DNA of 33,135 nt, taken from positions 1 through 33,135 of the forward strand of contig CACYDF010000095.1 of the NCBI GenBank assembly GCA_902773085.1. Reading direction: 5' to 3'. The notes beneath the pieces were generated by a model that was not told the DNA's origin, made no database searches, and was given only the letters and a program-made list of their open reading frames with translations. This document shows positions 8,621-18,091 of this stretch, piece by piece; within the stretch, counting starts at the first letter, position 1, and the number at the start of each line of letters is the position of its first letter. A program made the translations under genes and the position numbers. This stretch comes from an uncultured Erysipelotrichaceae bacterium. GTDB taxonomy: Bacteria; Bacillota_I; Bacilli_A; RFN20; CAG-288.

Positions 8621-9509
8621 ACTAACTTCAGACGAAAAGAATATACCTGTAGACGCAGTTGAAAGAGACTATTATATAGTTCAGTCTTTGTTATTTCTTT
8701 CAAAATCTGAATATAGTAATGACTGTGTTTTTAAAGGTGGGACATCTCTTAGTAAATGTTTTTCAAGTTCTATAGAAAGGTTTTCTGAAGATATTGATTT
8801 AACATATATGAACACTGATGGAAAAAGTGATAAAGAAATTGAAAGAAACCTCAAGTCCATTGAAAAAATAATGACATATGGTTTTGAAAGCGAAAAAATT
8901 GAAAATGAAAGAAACAGAAGAAACAAAAGTATTTGGTTTTGGCTTAATGATAGAAACAAACGGGTTAAACTAGAAATAGGATCCTCGGTTAAACCTGAAC
9001 CTTATTCTAAGAAAATAGTTAAAACATATATTCATGAATATCTTGAAAAAATTGGGAGGACAGAAGATATCAATGAATTTGGGTTAGTGCCAATTGAATT
9101 AAATGTTTTAAATATTGAAAGAACATTTATTGACAAAGTGATGGCTGTTAAAAGGCACTCAATCTGTGGAAGCATAATAAATAAAGCAAGACATATATAT
9201 GATGTTAAAAAATTGTTTGACATGAAAGAGATTAAAAATTTTTTATCAAACAAGGATGAGTTGAAAAAAATCATTAGATTAACAAAACAAACTGATTCGT
9301 TTTATTTACAAAAAAGAAATATTCCTAAAGAATATAATCCACTTGGTGAATTTAATTTTAAAAGTTGGGAAGAAGATTTTATAAAAGCTAAAAGTGAGTA
9401 TGAAAACTTACACAAAAGACTTTTATTTACATCTAAAAAGCAAGACTTTGATGATGCTATTAAAACATTTATTGCTATTGATGAAATACTTAAGGAAATA
9501 AACGAATAA
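8577..9509 (+). CDS. AbiEii/AbiGii-family nucleotidyltransferase toxin
   Basis: Motifs VERDY, FKGGTSLSK, RFSEDIDL, ERTFIDK and RHIYDV. Confidence 0.9.
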   Translation: MNLHDKKEKFSILIKLTSDEKNIPVDAVERDYYIVQSLLFLSKSEYSNDCVFKGGTSLSKCFSSSIERFSEDIDLTYMNTDGKSDKEIERNLKSIEKIMTYGFESEKIENERNRRNKSIWFWLNDRNKRVKLEIGSSVKPEPYSKKIVKTYIHEYLEKIGRTEDINEFGLVPIELNVLNIERTFIDKVMAVKRHSICGSIINKARHIYDVKKLFDMKEIKNFLSNKDELKKIIRLTKQTDSFYLQKRNIPKEYNPLGEFNFKSWEEDFIKAKSEYENLHKRLLFTSKKQDFDDAIKTFIAIDEILKEINE

Positions 9510-9556
9510 TAACTTTATTGAAGTTATTTAACTGATTGTGATATAAATTAGGTCAT

Positions 9557-10290
9557 ATGGAAAGTAAGAATAAATTAAAAGTAATATTAAATAGAATTAA
9601 AAAATGGTGTTACCAAAACATTTCATGTTTATGCTTAGTTTTATTATTTGTAATTGTATATATTTTAATTCATAATAGTGATGAAATCTTCTTAGCAACC
9701 ACTGTGCCATTATATACGGGTGAAAATGTTGCATTCTATCGTTATTTCACTGCAATACTAAGTCATGCAAACCTTTTTCATCTTATAGCAAATTCAATAG
9801 GTCTTCTATGTATTAGTTCAATCTTAACTCCTATAGTTGGTAGATATAAAATCATTATTTTATTTTTTATTGGTATTATTTCTCCTCTATCTGAAGTTTT
9901 AACAAACATTCAATATCAATACAATAGAGTATCTCCTAATACTACTTATAGAGGGGGTTCTTCTTGGGGTATATTTGCTCTATATGGTTCCTTCTTAATA
10001 GTTTATCCTATATATAGAAAAAGCTTTAAATAAAATGGTATAGATTTGATTTATTGTTTTCACTTGTATATTTCCTATTAGCAGGTCTTAATCTAACTGA
10101 TTTATACGGTCAAAGGGATACTACTTTAAGATATTGGTTTGCTCCAGATACTCATGCTATGGGTTTAGCTGCTAGAGCAGTAATAACATTTATTTTAGTT
10201 CTTGTCGGATTTATTAAACCAAAAGAGGTTTTAGATAATTCCAAAACCCAAGAAATAACTGACAGTTCAATAGAGAATAAAGAAAACTAA
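9557..10290 (+). pseudogene. rhomboid-family intramembrane serine protease, split by a 1-nt frameshift (or a sequencing error)
   Basis: HANLFHLIAN motif and GGSSWG catalytic-Ser region in ORF 9557-10033; catalytic His (THAMG) in ORF 10054-10290. One extra A at 10028-10030 would fuse them into 244 aa. Confidence 0.75.
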
Positions 10291-10391
10291 TTTATATTTT
10301 GTCAGTAGTAACTTCAAAATTAGTTTTGTATCATTTTATTCACCTTCTTATAAAGAAAAGTTTATAATATACTAGATAAAAGAGGTAAATT

Positions 10392-11111
10392 ATGGGTAGA
10401 GCACACGAAGTACGAGCCAAAAAAATGGCCCAAACAAACGCTGCAAAATCAGCACTGTATAATAGAGCAAGCAAGGAAATTTATCTTGCTGCTAAATCTG
10501 GTGTTCCTGACCCTAAAGATAATTTAGCTTTACGTTCAGCAATTGAAAAATGGAAAGCTCAGCATGTTACAAGAGAAGTAATTGATAGAGCTGTTGCTAA
10601 AGCAAAAAGTAAAGATTCCACTGATTTTGTATCAGGAAGATATGAAGGCTTCGGACCTGGTGGAGTAGCTATTATGGTAGATACTTTAACTGATAATGAA
10701 AAAAGAGCATTTGCTGGAGTAAGAGCAGCTTTTACTCATCATGGTGGAAATATCGGTAATAGCGGATGCGCAGCTTTTAATTTTACATATACGGGTCTTA
10801 TTTCTTTTGATACAACAAAGAGTAAGGAAGAAATTGAAGAAGCTTTAATTCTAAATGATATTGATGTATTAAATGTGGATTTAGATGAAGGAAATATTGA
10901 AATCCAAGTTTCTCCTGAATCATTTAATAAATGTCTTGAACAAATCACTTCTGATTTTGGTATTAATGAATTTACTCAAGCAGAAGTAACTTACATTCCT
11001 CAAATGAATGTTTCTTTAAATGATGAAGATAAAGGAAAATTAGAAAGATTAATTGAAGCATTAAATGATATTGAAGATGTTCAAGCCATTTATTACAATG
11101 CTAGTTTATAA
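10392..11111 (+). CDS. yebC: YebC/PmpR/TACO1-family protein
   Basis: MGRAHEVR N-terminus, YEGFGPGG, LTDNEKR and DIEDVQAIYYN. Confidence 0.93.
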   Translation: MGRAHEVRAKKMAQTNAAKSALYNRASKEIYLAAKSGVPDPKDNLALRSAIEKWKAQHVTREVIDRAVAKAKSKDSTDFVSGRYEGFGPGGVAIMVDTLTDNEKRAFAGVRAAFTHHGGNIGNSGCAAFNFTYTGLISFDTTKSKEEIEEALILNDIDVLNVDLDEGNIEIQVSPESFNKCLEQITSDFGINEFTQAEVTYIPQMNVSLNDEDKGKLERLIEALNDIEDVQAIYYNASL

Positions 11112-11113
11112 AT

Positions 11114-11476
11114 ATGAAAGAATTCTTTAAAAATAGGTTTTCAAAGTTTACTATTCATGACTATATAATAGTCGGTTTTAGTTTTTTCATGAGTATTATT
11201 GGACTTTATTTTTCAATTGGAATGAGTGTTACCCTTTCTAAAGGTTTAACTTTATTTGGTGATACCACCTATAGAGGTAGTGAAGTAGAAAAAGTAGGTC
11301 CTACTCCAAGTGATAAAAATATTCTCACCTTGTTTTGGATATTAACTATTGCTGTTCTTCTTTTTTCTTTTTATTATTTATTCTTATATAAAGTCGATAA
11401 AGAAAAGCCAAAAAGAAAAGAAGTGGTTGATTTTGCAGTTGAAGAAATGGAAGATGATACTTCTGTAAATGAATAA
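11114..11476 (+). CDS. hypothetical membrane protein (2 TM)
   Basis: ORF starts 2 nt after yebC and has two hydrophobic segments. Confidence 0.65.
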   Translation: MKEFFKNRFSKFTIHDYIIVGFSFFMSIIGLYFSIGMSVTLSKGLTLFGDTTYRGSEVEKVGPTPSDKNILTLFWILTIAVLLFSFYYLFLYKVDKEKPKRKEVVDFAVEEMEDDTSVNE

Positions 11477-11846
11477 AGAAGATTTTTATAATAACTTGAA
11501 AGTTATTAATGATTGTAGTTTTATTAGATATATTCTTGGTGGTGAAACAACTATTTGCTTACAAGTTATTTCTATTGTTGAATTAAGTGAAATAGAACAC
11601 GATCATATAGATAATATTAATGGAAAATTATTTAAAATAGTTTTCCATAATATTTCCAATTTAAAAATAAATGGTGAAGAAGCAGATAATTATTCACTTC
11701 TTGAATCTAAAATTGAAAAAGACTATATCTATTTAAAATACCATGGAAATAATTATATTGGAAAAAACTCTATATTAGAAATATCTTTTAACTATAAACA
11801 GTATGAAGTAATTGATTGTGGACTTATTTCAGGACCAGACGCATAA
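11469..11846 (+). CDS. hypothetical protein
   Basis: 125-aa ORF overlapping the previous stop; no recognised motif. Confidence 0.6.
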   Translation: MNKEDFYNNLKVINDCSFIRYILGGETTICLQVISIVELSEIEHDHIDNINGKLFKIVFHNISNLKINGEEADNYSLLESKIEKDYIYLKYHGNNYIGKNSILEISFNYKQYEVIDCGLISGPDA

Positions 11847-11850
11847 AAGA

Positions 11851-12354
11851 TTACTTCTTATTTTTAATATTCATTAAAGCTTTATATAATTCTTCAGGTG
11901 ATGCATTTGGATTTTCATCAATATATTTTTCATATTCTCCAATTACATCTCCCATAAATGGTTCTTCATCGTGGTCATGATCTGAATCAACTTTAACCAT
12001 GTTATCATCTTTCATATATAAAGGATATGAGTCATCTTTAAGAAGAAGTTCTTCATCTTTATCTTTATATGTAAACCTAAAATAGAAATGAATTGCAGTA
12101 TCTGAAAGTATCTGTTTTATTTTTCTAGTCACTTCTTTTTCTTTACCTTTATATTCTTTATCAGCATCAATATATACGAATAAAACAAATGATGTTTGAT
12201 CAACTCCATTATGAGTAACATAACCTTCTTGTGCATAAAAAATTAAGTCTTCTTCATTCTTAAGATTATATAAAGACACTAAAGCAGGATGAAGCTCTTT
12301 TGTCTTCTTCATGATGTGATAAACATCCATTCCTTTAATTGTTACAATTACCAT
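11851..12354 (-). CDS. hypothetical protein, possibly DUF1904/tautomerase-like with an acidic, His-rich tail
   Basis: N-terminal MVIVTIKGMD pattern; directly follows priA. The family call is from recollection only. Confidence 0.55.
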   Translation of the reverse strand: MVIVTIKGMDVYHIMKKTKELHPALVSLYNLKNEEDLIFYAQEGYVTHNGVDQTSFVLFVYIDADKEYKGKEKEVTRKIKQILSDTAIHFYFRFTYKDKDEELLLKDDSYPLYMKDDNMVKVDSDHDHDEEPFMGDVIGEYEKYIDENPNASPEELYKALMNIKNKK

Positions 12355-12356
12355 TT

Positions 12357-14561
12357 TTATTCACTCCCTGGATCTACATTTATTGAGATAGAAACATCAC
12401 TAATTTTTGATTTAATTTCTTTAATAGAATCAAGAATTGGAGACATCTCTTCAAGCGATTTATATTTTATCAAAAACTGACGATAATACCTATAATTAAT
12501 CTTGCTTACATATGGTAAATACGGACCGTAAATATTTATTCTTTTATTATTGGCAGAAACAATTAAAAGGTTTTTAATATCAAGAGAAACTTCTGTTAAT
12601 TTTTTTTCATTTACACTTGATAAAGTTAGTTGAACTAAGTAGACATATGGAGGATATAAATACTTTTTTCTTTCTTCCATTTCATATGTATAAAAAGATG
12701 AGTAATCTTGCTTACTTGCATAGTCAATAATCTTGTTATCTTTTAAGTATGTTTGAATATAAATATCAGTCTCTTTATTATTCCTTCCTGCTCGACCAAC
12801 AAACTGAGAAATTAAATCAAAAGTTTCTTCATTTGCAAGGTAGGTAGGAAGCCTTAAAAGATTATCAGCATCTACAATAACTGCACATGTGACTTTTGGA
12901 AAATCATGTCCTTTTGCAATGATTTGAGTACCGATAAGAATATCTGCTTCTCCTTGTTTAAAAGTATATAAAACTTCGTGTCTATTTCTATTAGATGAGT
13001 TATCAGAATCAAGTCTATATATATTTGCTTGTGGAAATAAAAATCTGATTTCTTCATATGCTCTTTCAGTCCCGTACCCAAGAGAAGTAAAGACGTGTGA
13101 ACCGCAAATACATTTATGTTCAGCCTTACTAATTTTATATCCACAATAATGACATCTAAGGGTGTCATCTTTCTTGTGATATACAAGTGGAATATTACAA
13201 TTTTCACATTTTGCAACAAGATGGCAATCCCGACAAATATAGATAGGAGAATAACCTCTTCTATTTATTAAAATCATTGTTTGTTCTTTCTTTTCAATTC
13301 TTTTTTTGATTGCATCAATTACTTCTGCAGTAAAAAAAGAAGAAATTTTTAAATCAAAATTTTCTGCTTTAGATAAATCAATTAAATGGATTTTATTTTG
13401 ATTTTCATAAAATCTTTCTTTCAAAACAAGATGTTTAATTAAGCCTTTTTCAGCTTTTGCTTTTGTTAATATTTGTGGTGTTGCACTTCCATAAATCACT
13501 TTACATCCTTCAATTTCACTTCTAAATCTTGCAACTGTTCTAGCATCATAAAAAGGTGAAGAGTCTTGCTTGTAACTTGTTGAATGTTCTTCATCAATAA
13601 TTATTGTAGATAAATTTTTTACAGGTGCAAATATTGCACTTCTTGTTCCTAAAACAATTTTCGTTTCTCCACTTGCAATCTTGTTATATTCTTCATATTT
13701 TTTTATGTTAGATAAAGAAGAATTTAATATTGCTATATTCTCTTTAAAATAATTTGTTAAAAGTAAGTATAAATTATCAGTTAATGCTATCTCTGGAACT
13801 AAGATAATCGCACCTTTATCTTCTTTTAAGTAGTGCTGAATAATCCTTATATAAATTTCTGTTTTTCCACTACCAGTTACTCCTTCAATTAAGTATTCTT
13901 TTTCTTTCCCACTTATAATAGAATCATATACTTCTTGTTGTTTATTTGTAAGTTCAAATTCTTGTAAATTTGTTGATTCTATTTCACTAACTTTATTTCT
14001 TGGAACTTGTTTAATTTCAACAAGGTCTAAAGTTAAAAGCCTTGATAAAATATTCTTATTTAACTGACTCTTTTTTATACCTAATTTATTTGCTTTAGTT
14101 TTGTTAAATAATGCTATATCTCTTTTAGTTAAATCATACTTAGATAAATCAGTTTCTTTTGCTAAAACATAGTCTACATAACTTGGAGTAGTTGAAATAT
14201 TTAATGAACCTTTTTTGGGTTTTAAAGCAGAAGGTAGAAAAGCAGAAATAACACTAATTAGTTCACATTTATAATATGCTGAAATCTTTTTTGAAAGAGT
14301 AATTAAATTATCATCAAGAAGAGGCTGAGTATCAATCTTGCTTTTGATTTTTGCAAGTTTTATATCGCTATTTTTTTCATATTCTTCAATTGAATTTACT
14401 TCTTCAATTTCTAAAACAAAACCTACTTCTTCTTTATTTTTTCCAAAAGGAAGAAGAACTCTTTCACCAACTAAAATATCTTCTCCTTCATATACATATG
14501 AGAAAAGTCTATCAAGTGATGATACATTTCTTCCAATAAGGACCTTATATATTTTTTCCAA
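12357..14561 (-). CDS. priA: primosomal protein N' (replication restart helicase)
   Basis: GVTGSGKTE, LVPEIAL, GTRSAIF, IIDEEH, SATP, NRRGY, four CxxC pairs, GTQIIAKGHDFP and GRAGR. Confidence 0.97.
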   Translation of the reverse strand: MEKIYKVLIGRNVSSLDRLFSYVYEGEDILVGERVLLPFGKNKEEVGFVLEIEEVNSIEEYEKNSDIKLAKIKSKIDTQPLLDDNLITLSKKISAYYKCELISVISAFLPSALKPKKGSLNISTTPSYVDYVLAKETDLSKYDLTKRDIALFNKTKANKLGIKKSQLNKNILSRLLTLDLVEIKQVPRNKVSEIESTNLQEFELTNKQQEVYDSIISGKEKEYLIEGVTGSGKTEIYIRIIQHYLKEDKGAIILVPEIALTDNLYLLLTNYFKENIAILNSSLSNIKKYEEYNKIASGETKIVLGTRSAIFAPVKNLSTIIIDEEHSTSYKQDSSPFYDARTVARFRSEIEGCKVIYGSATPQILTKAKAEKGLIKHLVLKERFYENQNKIHLIDLSKAENFDLKISSFFTAEVIDAIKKRIEKKEQTMILINRRGYSPIYICRDCHLVAKCENCNIPLVYHKKDDTLRCHYCGYKISKAEHKCICGSHVFTSLGYGTERAYEEIRFLFPQANIYRLDSDNSSNRNRHEVLYTFKQGEADILIGTQIIAKGHDFPKVTCAVIVDADNLLRLPTYLANEETFDLISQFVGRAGRNNKETDIYIQTYLKDNKIIDYASKQDYSSFYTYEMEERKKYLYPPYVYLVQLTLSSVNEKKLTEVSLDIKNLLIVSANNKRINIYGPYLPYVSKINYRYYRQFLIKYKSLEEMSPILDSIKEIKSKISDVSISINVDPGSE

Positions 14562-14627
14562 ATTAAATACCTACTACAATATATTATCTTATATTTATGT
14601 GATTGTTTATTCAATTAAGTGTAATCT

Positions 14628-14876
14628 TTATAAGTTAGATAAATCTATTTTATCTTGATTAGGAAGAATAATTGGTGATGTTTATAATTAGAGCTACTTT
14701 TAACTTCTATTGGAGTATCCTTCCCATTAAACTCTATTACAAAGTCAAGCTAACCTTCTTTAAACATTCTTCTATAAAAAAGTTTTTCCAACCTGTCTTG
14801 CACCAGTAACAAGAAGAGCTTGTTTGCCTTCTTTAATCCATGAGGTAATTTGATTTTCTTTTTTCCACCAAAGCAT
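14628..14876 (-). pseudogene. collapsed AAA_14 ATPase / DUF4143 gene remnant
   Basis: MLWWKKENQITSWIKEGKQALLVTGARQVGKTFL* (Walker A) is followed within about 30 bp, in another frame, by G*LDFVIEFNGKDTPIEVK (PD-(D/E)xK-type DUF4143 motif). It contains several frameshifts and stops. Confidence 0.8.
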
Positions 14877-14917
14877 ATTACTTAATTTGATATATTGTAA
14901 ATTTACCTTTTTCACTT

Positions 14918-14999
14918 TTTTGTAACCTTTTTCGTATTACTTTGGGCTTATTTTGTAACCTTTTTCATAGTTTTTAGTGCTTGTTTTGTAACCTTTTTC
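14918..14999. repeat. three identical 16-bp direct repeats TTTTGTAACCTTTTTC at a 33-bp period
   Basis: Copies at 14918-14933, 14951-14966 and 14984-14999; partial copy ACCTTTTTC ending at 14913. Confidence 0.9.
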
Positions 15000-15108
15000 G
15001 CTTTTATCTCGCTTAAAATACCTAATATAGATTAAATATTGTATTAAATCAATAAGAGCTATTTAAATAGGTGTTGCATTTACTTTTTAAATCAACAATA
15101 TTAAGTAT

Positions 15109-15138
15109 ATGATTTATTCTTTATATAAAATAAATCAT
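15109..15138. promoter_or_regulatory. 10-bp perfect inverted repeat upstream of fprA (possible operator)
   Basis: ATGATTTATT-N10-AATAAATCAT. Confidence 0.35.
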
Positions 15139-15172
15139 GTTTTGATATACTATTTTAGTAGGAGTTAGTCTT

Positions 15173-16384
15173 ATGTATTGTACTAGAAAAATATCTAAAG
15201 ATTTATTTTATGTAGGTTGTGATGATTATAAAATTGATTTATTTGAATCAACTTTAAATATTAATCATGGAGTATCTTATAATTCATATATTATTTTAGA
15301 TGATAAAACATGTCTATTTGATACTGCTGATCAAGATGTGTCAAGATTATTTTTAGAAAATGTTGAACATGTCCTTGGTAAAAGAAAGTTAGATTATCTA
15401 GTTGTCCATCATATGGAACCAGATCACTGCTATAACATTAAAGAAGTATTACTTAGATATCCAGATGTAAAAATTGTATCTAATGAAAAAGTATTTGAAT
15501 TTATGAAGAACTTTTTCCCAACTTTGAATATAGAAAGAAACAAGAAAGTAGTTAAAGAAGGTGACAAACTTAAACTTGGACATCATACTTTACAATTTGT
15601 TTTCACTCCGATGGTCCACTGGCCTGAAGTTATGATGTCATTTGATATCGATACAGGAACTTTATTTTCTGCAGATGCTTTTGGTTCTTTTAATACTCTT
15701 GATGGGAATTTATATTCAAGTGATGTTGATTATGATAAAGAATTCCTTTCTTCTGCAAGAGAATACTATACCAACATAGTTGGTAAATACGGAGTTCAAG
15801 TTCAAGCTGCATTTAAAAAACTAGATCCAGGTAAAATCAAACTTATTCTTCCTTTACACGGATTACTTTGGAAAGGAGAAGAAATAAGTTACATTCTTGA
15901 TAAATATATTAAGTGGTCTACTTATACTCCTGAAGATAAAAATGTTATTATTCTTTTTGCATCAATGTATGGAGATAATAATGAAGTTGCTAGAGTTTTA
16001 GCAAATAAATTATCTGAAAAAGGAATAAAACAATTGAAAGTATATGATACATCTAGAACTAGTATGGCCAAACTTGTTGGTGAATCATTTAGAGTTTCTA
16101 ATATTGTTTTAATTGCACCAACATATAATATGACTATTTTCCCAAGTATGCTTTCATATTTAGATGATATTATGAGGATGAATTTATCAAATCGTACTTT
16201 TACTATTATTGGAAATGGTTCGTGGGCTCCTGTTGTTGGAAAACTGATAAAAGAAAAATTATCTACTAATTCTACTTTATCTTTCACCCCTAGTGAACTT
16301 ACTATTACTTCTTCATTAAAGAAAAACGATTTGACTACTCTAGATACAATTTCTAATGAAATTATATCTAGTATTAATAAATAA
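15173..16384 (+). CDS. fprA: flavodiiron protein (A-type flavoprotein)
   Basis: GVSYNSY, HHMEPDH, VHWPE, FSADAFG, PLHG and a C-terminal flavodoxin domain (SMYG, PTY, GSW). Confidence 0.92.
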   Translation: MYCTRKISKDLFYVGCDDYKIDLFESTLNINHGVSYNSYIILDDKTCLFDTADQDVSRLFLENVEHVLGKRKLDYLVVHHMEPDHCYNIKEVLLRYPDVKIVSNEKVFEFMKNFFPTLNIERNKKVVKEGDKLKLGHHTLQFVFTPMVHWPEVMMSFDIDTGTLFSADAFGSFNTLDGNLYSSDVDYDKEFLSSAREYYTNIVGKYGVQVQAAFKKLDPGKIKLILPLHGLLWKGEEISYILDKYIKWSTYTPEDKNVIILFASMYGDNNEVARVLANKLSEKGIKQLKVYDTSRTSMAKLVGESFRVSNIVLIAPTYNMTIFPSMLSYLDDIMRMNLSNRTFTIIGNGSWAPVVGKLIKEKLSTNSTLSFTPSELTITSSLKKNDLTTLDTISNEIISSINK

Positions 16385-16431
16385 TCTTCTTTTTTATAAA
16401 TTAATATTCCTTTCTTTGCTATAATAAAATT

Positions 16432-17154
16432 GTGAATTTTTCATTTACGTTAATATTTGGAATCTTATTATTTGTTGCCTTTACTTTATTAAGAAAGAAA
16501 ATGGATGTTTTCTTTTTAATTACTTTTGCAATTGGTGCTGCAATTAATGCAAATATATTTAATTCATATATATATCCAATAACTTTCACTGATAATTCAT
16601 ATTTTGTATTTGGATTAAATCAATTTTTATATCCTCTTTTTGTTTTAACCATTATGATACGTGCATTTGATTATTCTTTAAAAGATTCTAAACAAATGCT
16701 TGTATCTGCTCTTGTTGCAATTACTCTTAGTGCATTTATTCAATTCTTTGCAGAAATTGCATTCTACTATCCATTTAAAGAAAAGAAGTTTATTGAAGTA
16801 TTACTTACTTTACTACTCTACTTAGTTAGTACTCTTGCAACACTCATTGCATTTGTTATTGTATTTAAGATCTATCCTATACTTGAAAAGAAGAAAGTTA
16901 ATAAATATTTAATTTTAGTTATTGCTCTTGTTATAACAAATATTATTAATCCATTTATTTATACTGGATTTGCTTTGCTATTTAGTTCACATTCAATCTT
17001 ATCTTCAAATATGTTAGATAATTATCCAGCTTATATTTTTGGTTCTCTTATTATTAGAACTTTTGCAATTGGATTATCACTTTTATCATATCTAGTAAGT
17101 AATACTATTTGGAAATCTGAAAACTTAATTCAAGTTCAAAAAGATAGCAAGTAA
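16432..17154 (+). CDS. hypothetical polytopic membrane protein
   Basis: About 7 hydrophobic segments; GTG start 6 nt after a TGnTATAAT box. Confidence 0.7.
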   Translation: MNFSFTLIFGILLFVAFTLLRKKMDVFFLITFAIGAAINANIFNSYIYPITFTDNSYFVFGLNQFLYPLFVLTIMIRAFDYSLKDSKQMLVSALVAITLSAFIQFFAEIAFYYPFKEKKFIEVLLTLLLYLVSTLATLIAFVIVFKIYPILEKKKVNKYLILVIALVITNIINPFIYTGFALLFSSHSILSSNMLDNYPAYIFGSLIIRTFAIGLSLLSYLVSNTIWKSENLIQVQKDSK

Positions 17155-17249
17155 TCAAAATAAAATCTAACTATATTTTATAGATAATTTGGTGATAAAA
17201 AATAAGCCGTTTTTTAATATAATATATGTTGTGAAAAGGAGGACTAACT

Positions 17250-18080
17250 ATGTCAAAAGCAGATGAGATTTTTGTAGATAATATGAATGATATTTTGAAG
17301 AATGGATTTTGGGATACTAAATTAAATGTTAGGCCAAAGTGGGAAGATGGAACTCCAGCCCATACTGTTAAAAAATTTGGTGTTGTTAATAGATATAATT
17401 TAAAAGAAGAATTACCTATTCTTACTATTAGAAAAACAGCATTTAAAAATTGCCTCGATGAGATTCTTTGGATATGGCAAAAAAAGTCAAATAACATTCA
17501 TGATCTTCATTCTCATATTTGGGATAGTTGGGCTGATGAATCTGGTTCTATTGGAAAAGCGTATGGATATCAACTTGGTAAAAAAGCAAAATATCCAGAA
17601 GGTGAATTTGATCAAGTGGATAGAGTCCTTTTTGACTTAAAAAATAATCCTCAATCAAGACGTATTATGACTAACATTTATAACTTCGAAGACTTACATG
17701 AAATGCACCTATATCCTTGTGCATATTCAATGACTTTTAATGTTAGTGGAAAGACATTAAATGGTATTTTAAATCAACGAAGTAATGATATGTTAACTGC
17801 TAATAACTGGAATGTTTTACAATACTCTTTACTACTTATGATGTTTGCACAAGTATCCGATTTAGAGGTTGGAGAACTTGTCCATGTAATTGCAGATGCC
17901 CATATTTATGATAGGCATGTTGACATAGTAAAAGAAGTTATTAAAAAGAAACAACATAAGGCTCCAAAGCTAATTATGGATAAAAAAATAAAAAATTTTT
18001 ATGACTTTAAAACTGATTCTTTTGAGCTAGTTGATTATGAATTTGAACCACTAGACAAAAAAATTCCAGTTGCTATTTAA
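17250..18080 (+). CDS. thyA: thymidylate synthase
   Basis: IWDSWAD, SRRIM, LYPC (catalytic Cys), QRSND and DAHIYDRH; followed by folA. Confidence 0.97.
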   Translation: MSKADEIFVDNMNDILKNGFWDTKLNVRPKWEDGTPAHTVKKFGVVNRYNLKEELPILTIRKTAFKNCLDEILWIWQKKSNNIHDLHSHIWDSWADESGSIGKAYGYQLGKKAKYPEGEFDQVDRVLFDLKNNPQSRRIMTNIYNFEDLHEMHLYPCAYSMTFNVSGKTLNGILNQRSNDMLTANNWNVLQYSLLLMMFAQVSDLEVGELVHVIADAHIYDRHVDIVKEVIKKKQHKAPKLIMDKKIKNFYDFKTDSFELVDYEFEPLDKKIPVAI

Positions 18081-18091
18081 AAGATTTTAAA

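Larger units (their letters stand above)
3658..10391. mobile_element. accessory island between rseP and yebC
   Basis: Cluster of a recombinase, TA, Fic, XRE, lipoprotein and pseudogenes between housekeeping genes. No att repeats or integrase seen, so the boundaries are approximate. Confidence 0.5.

Noticed and set aside
9508-9528. AATAACTT/AAGTTATT hairpin after abiEii as a terminator
   Set aside because: The stem is almost all A-T and lacks a clear U-tract, so it is too weak to call.
3658-10391. Prophage, ICE or IS element
   Set aside because: No structural, conjugation, transposase or large integrase genes, and no terminal direct repeats found by eye.
14918-14999. CRISPR array interpretation of the 16-bp repeats
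   Set aside because: Repeats (16 bp) and spacers (17 bp) are too short, the spacers resemble each other, there are only three units, and the window has no cas genes.
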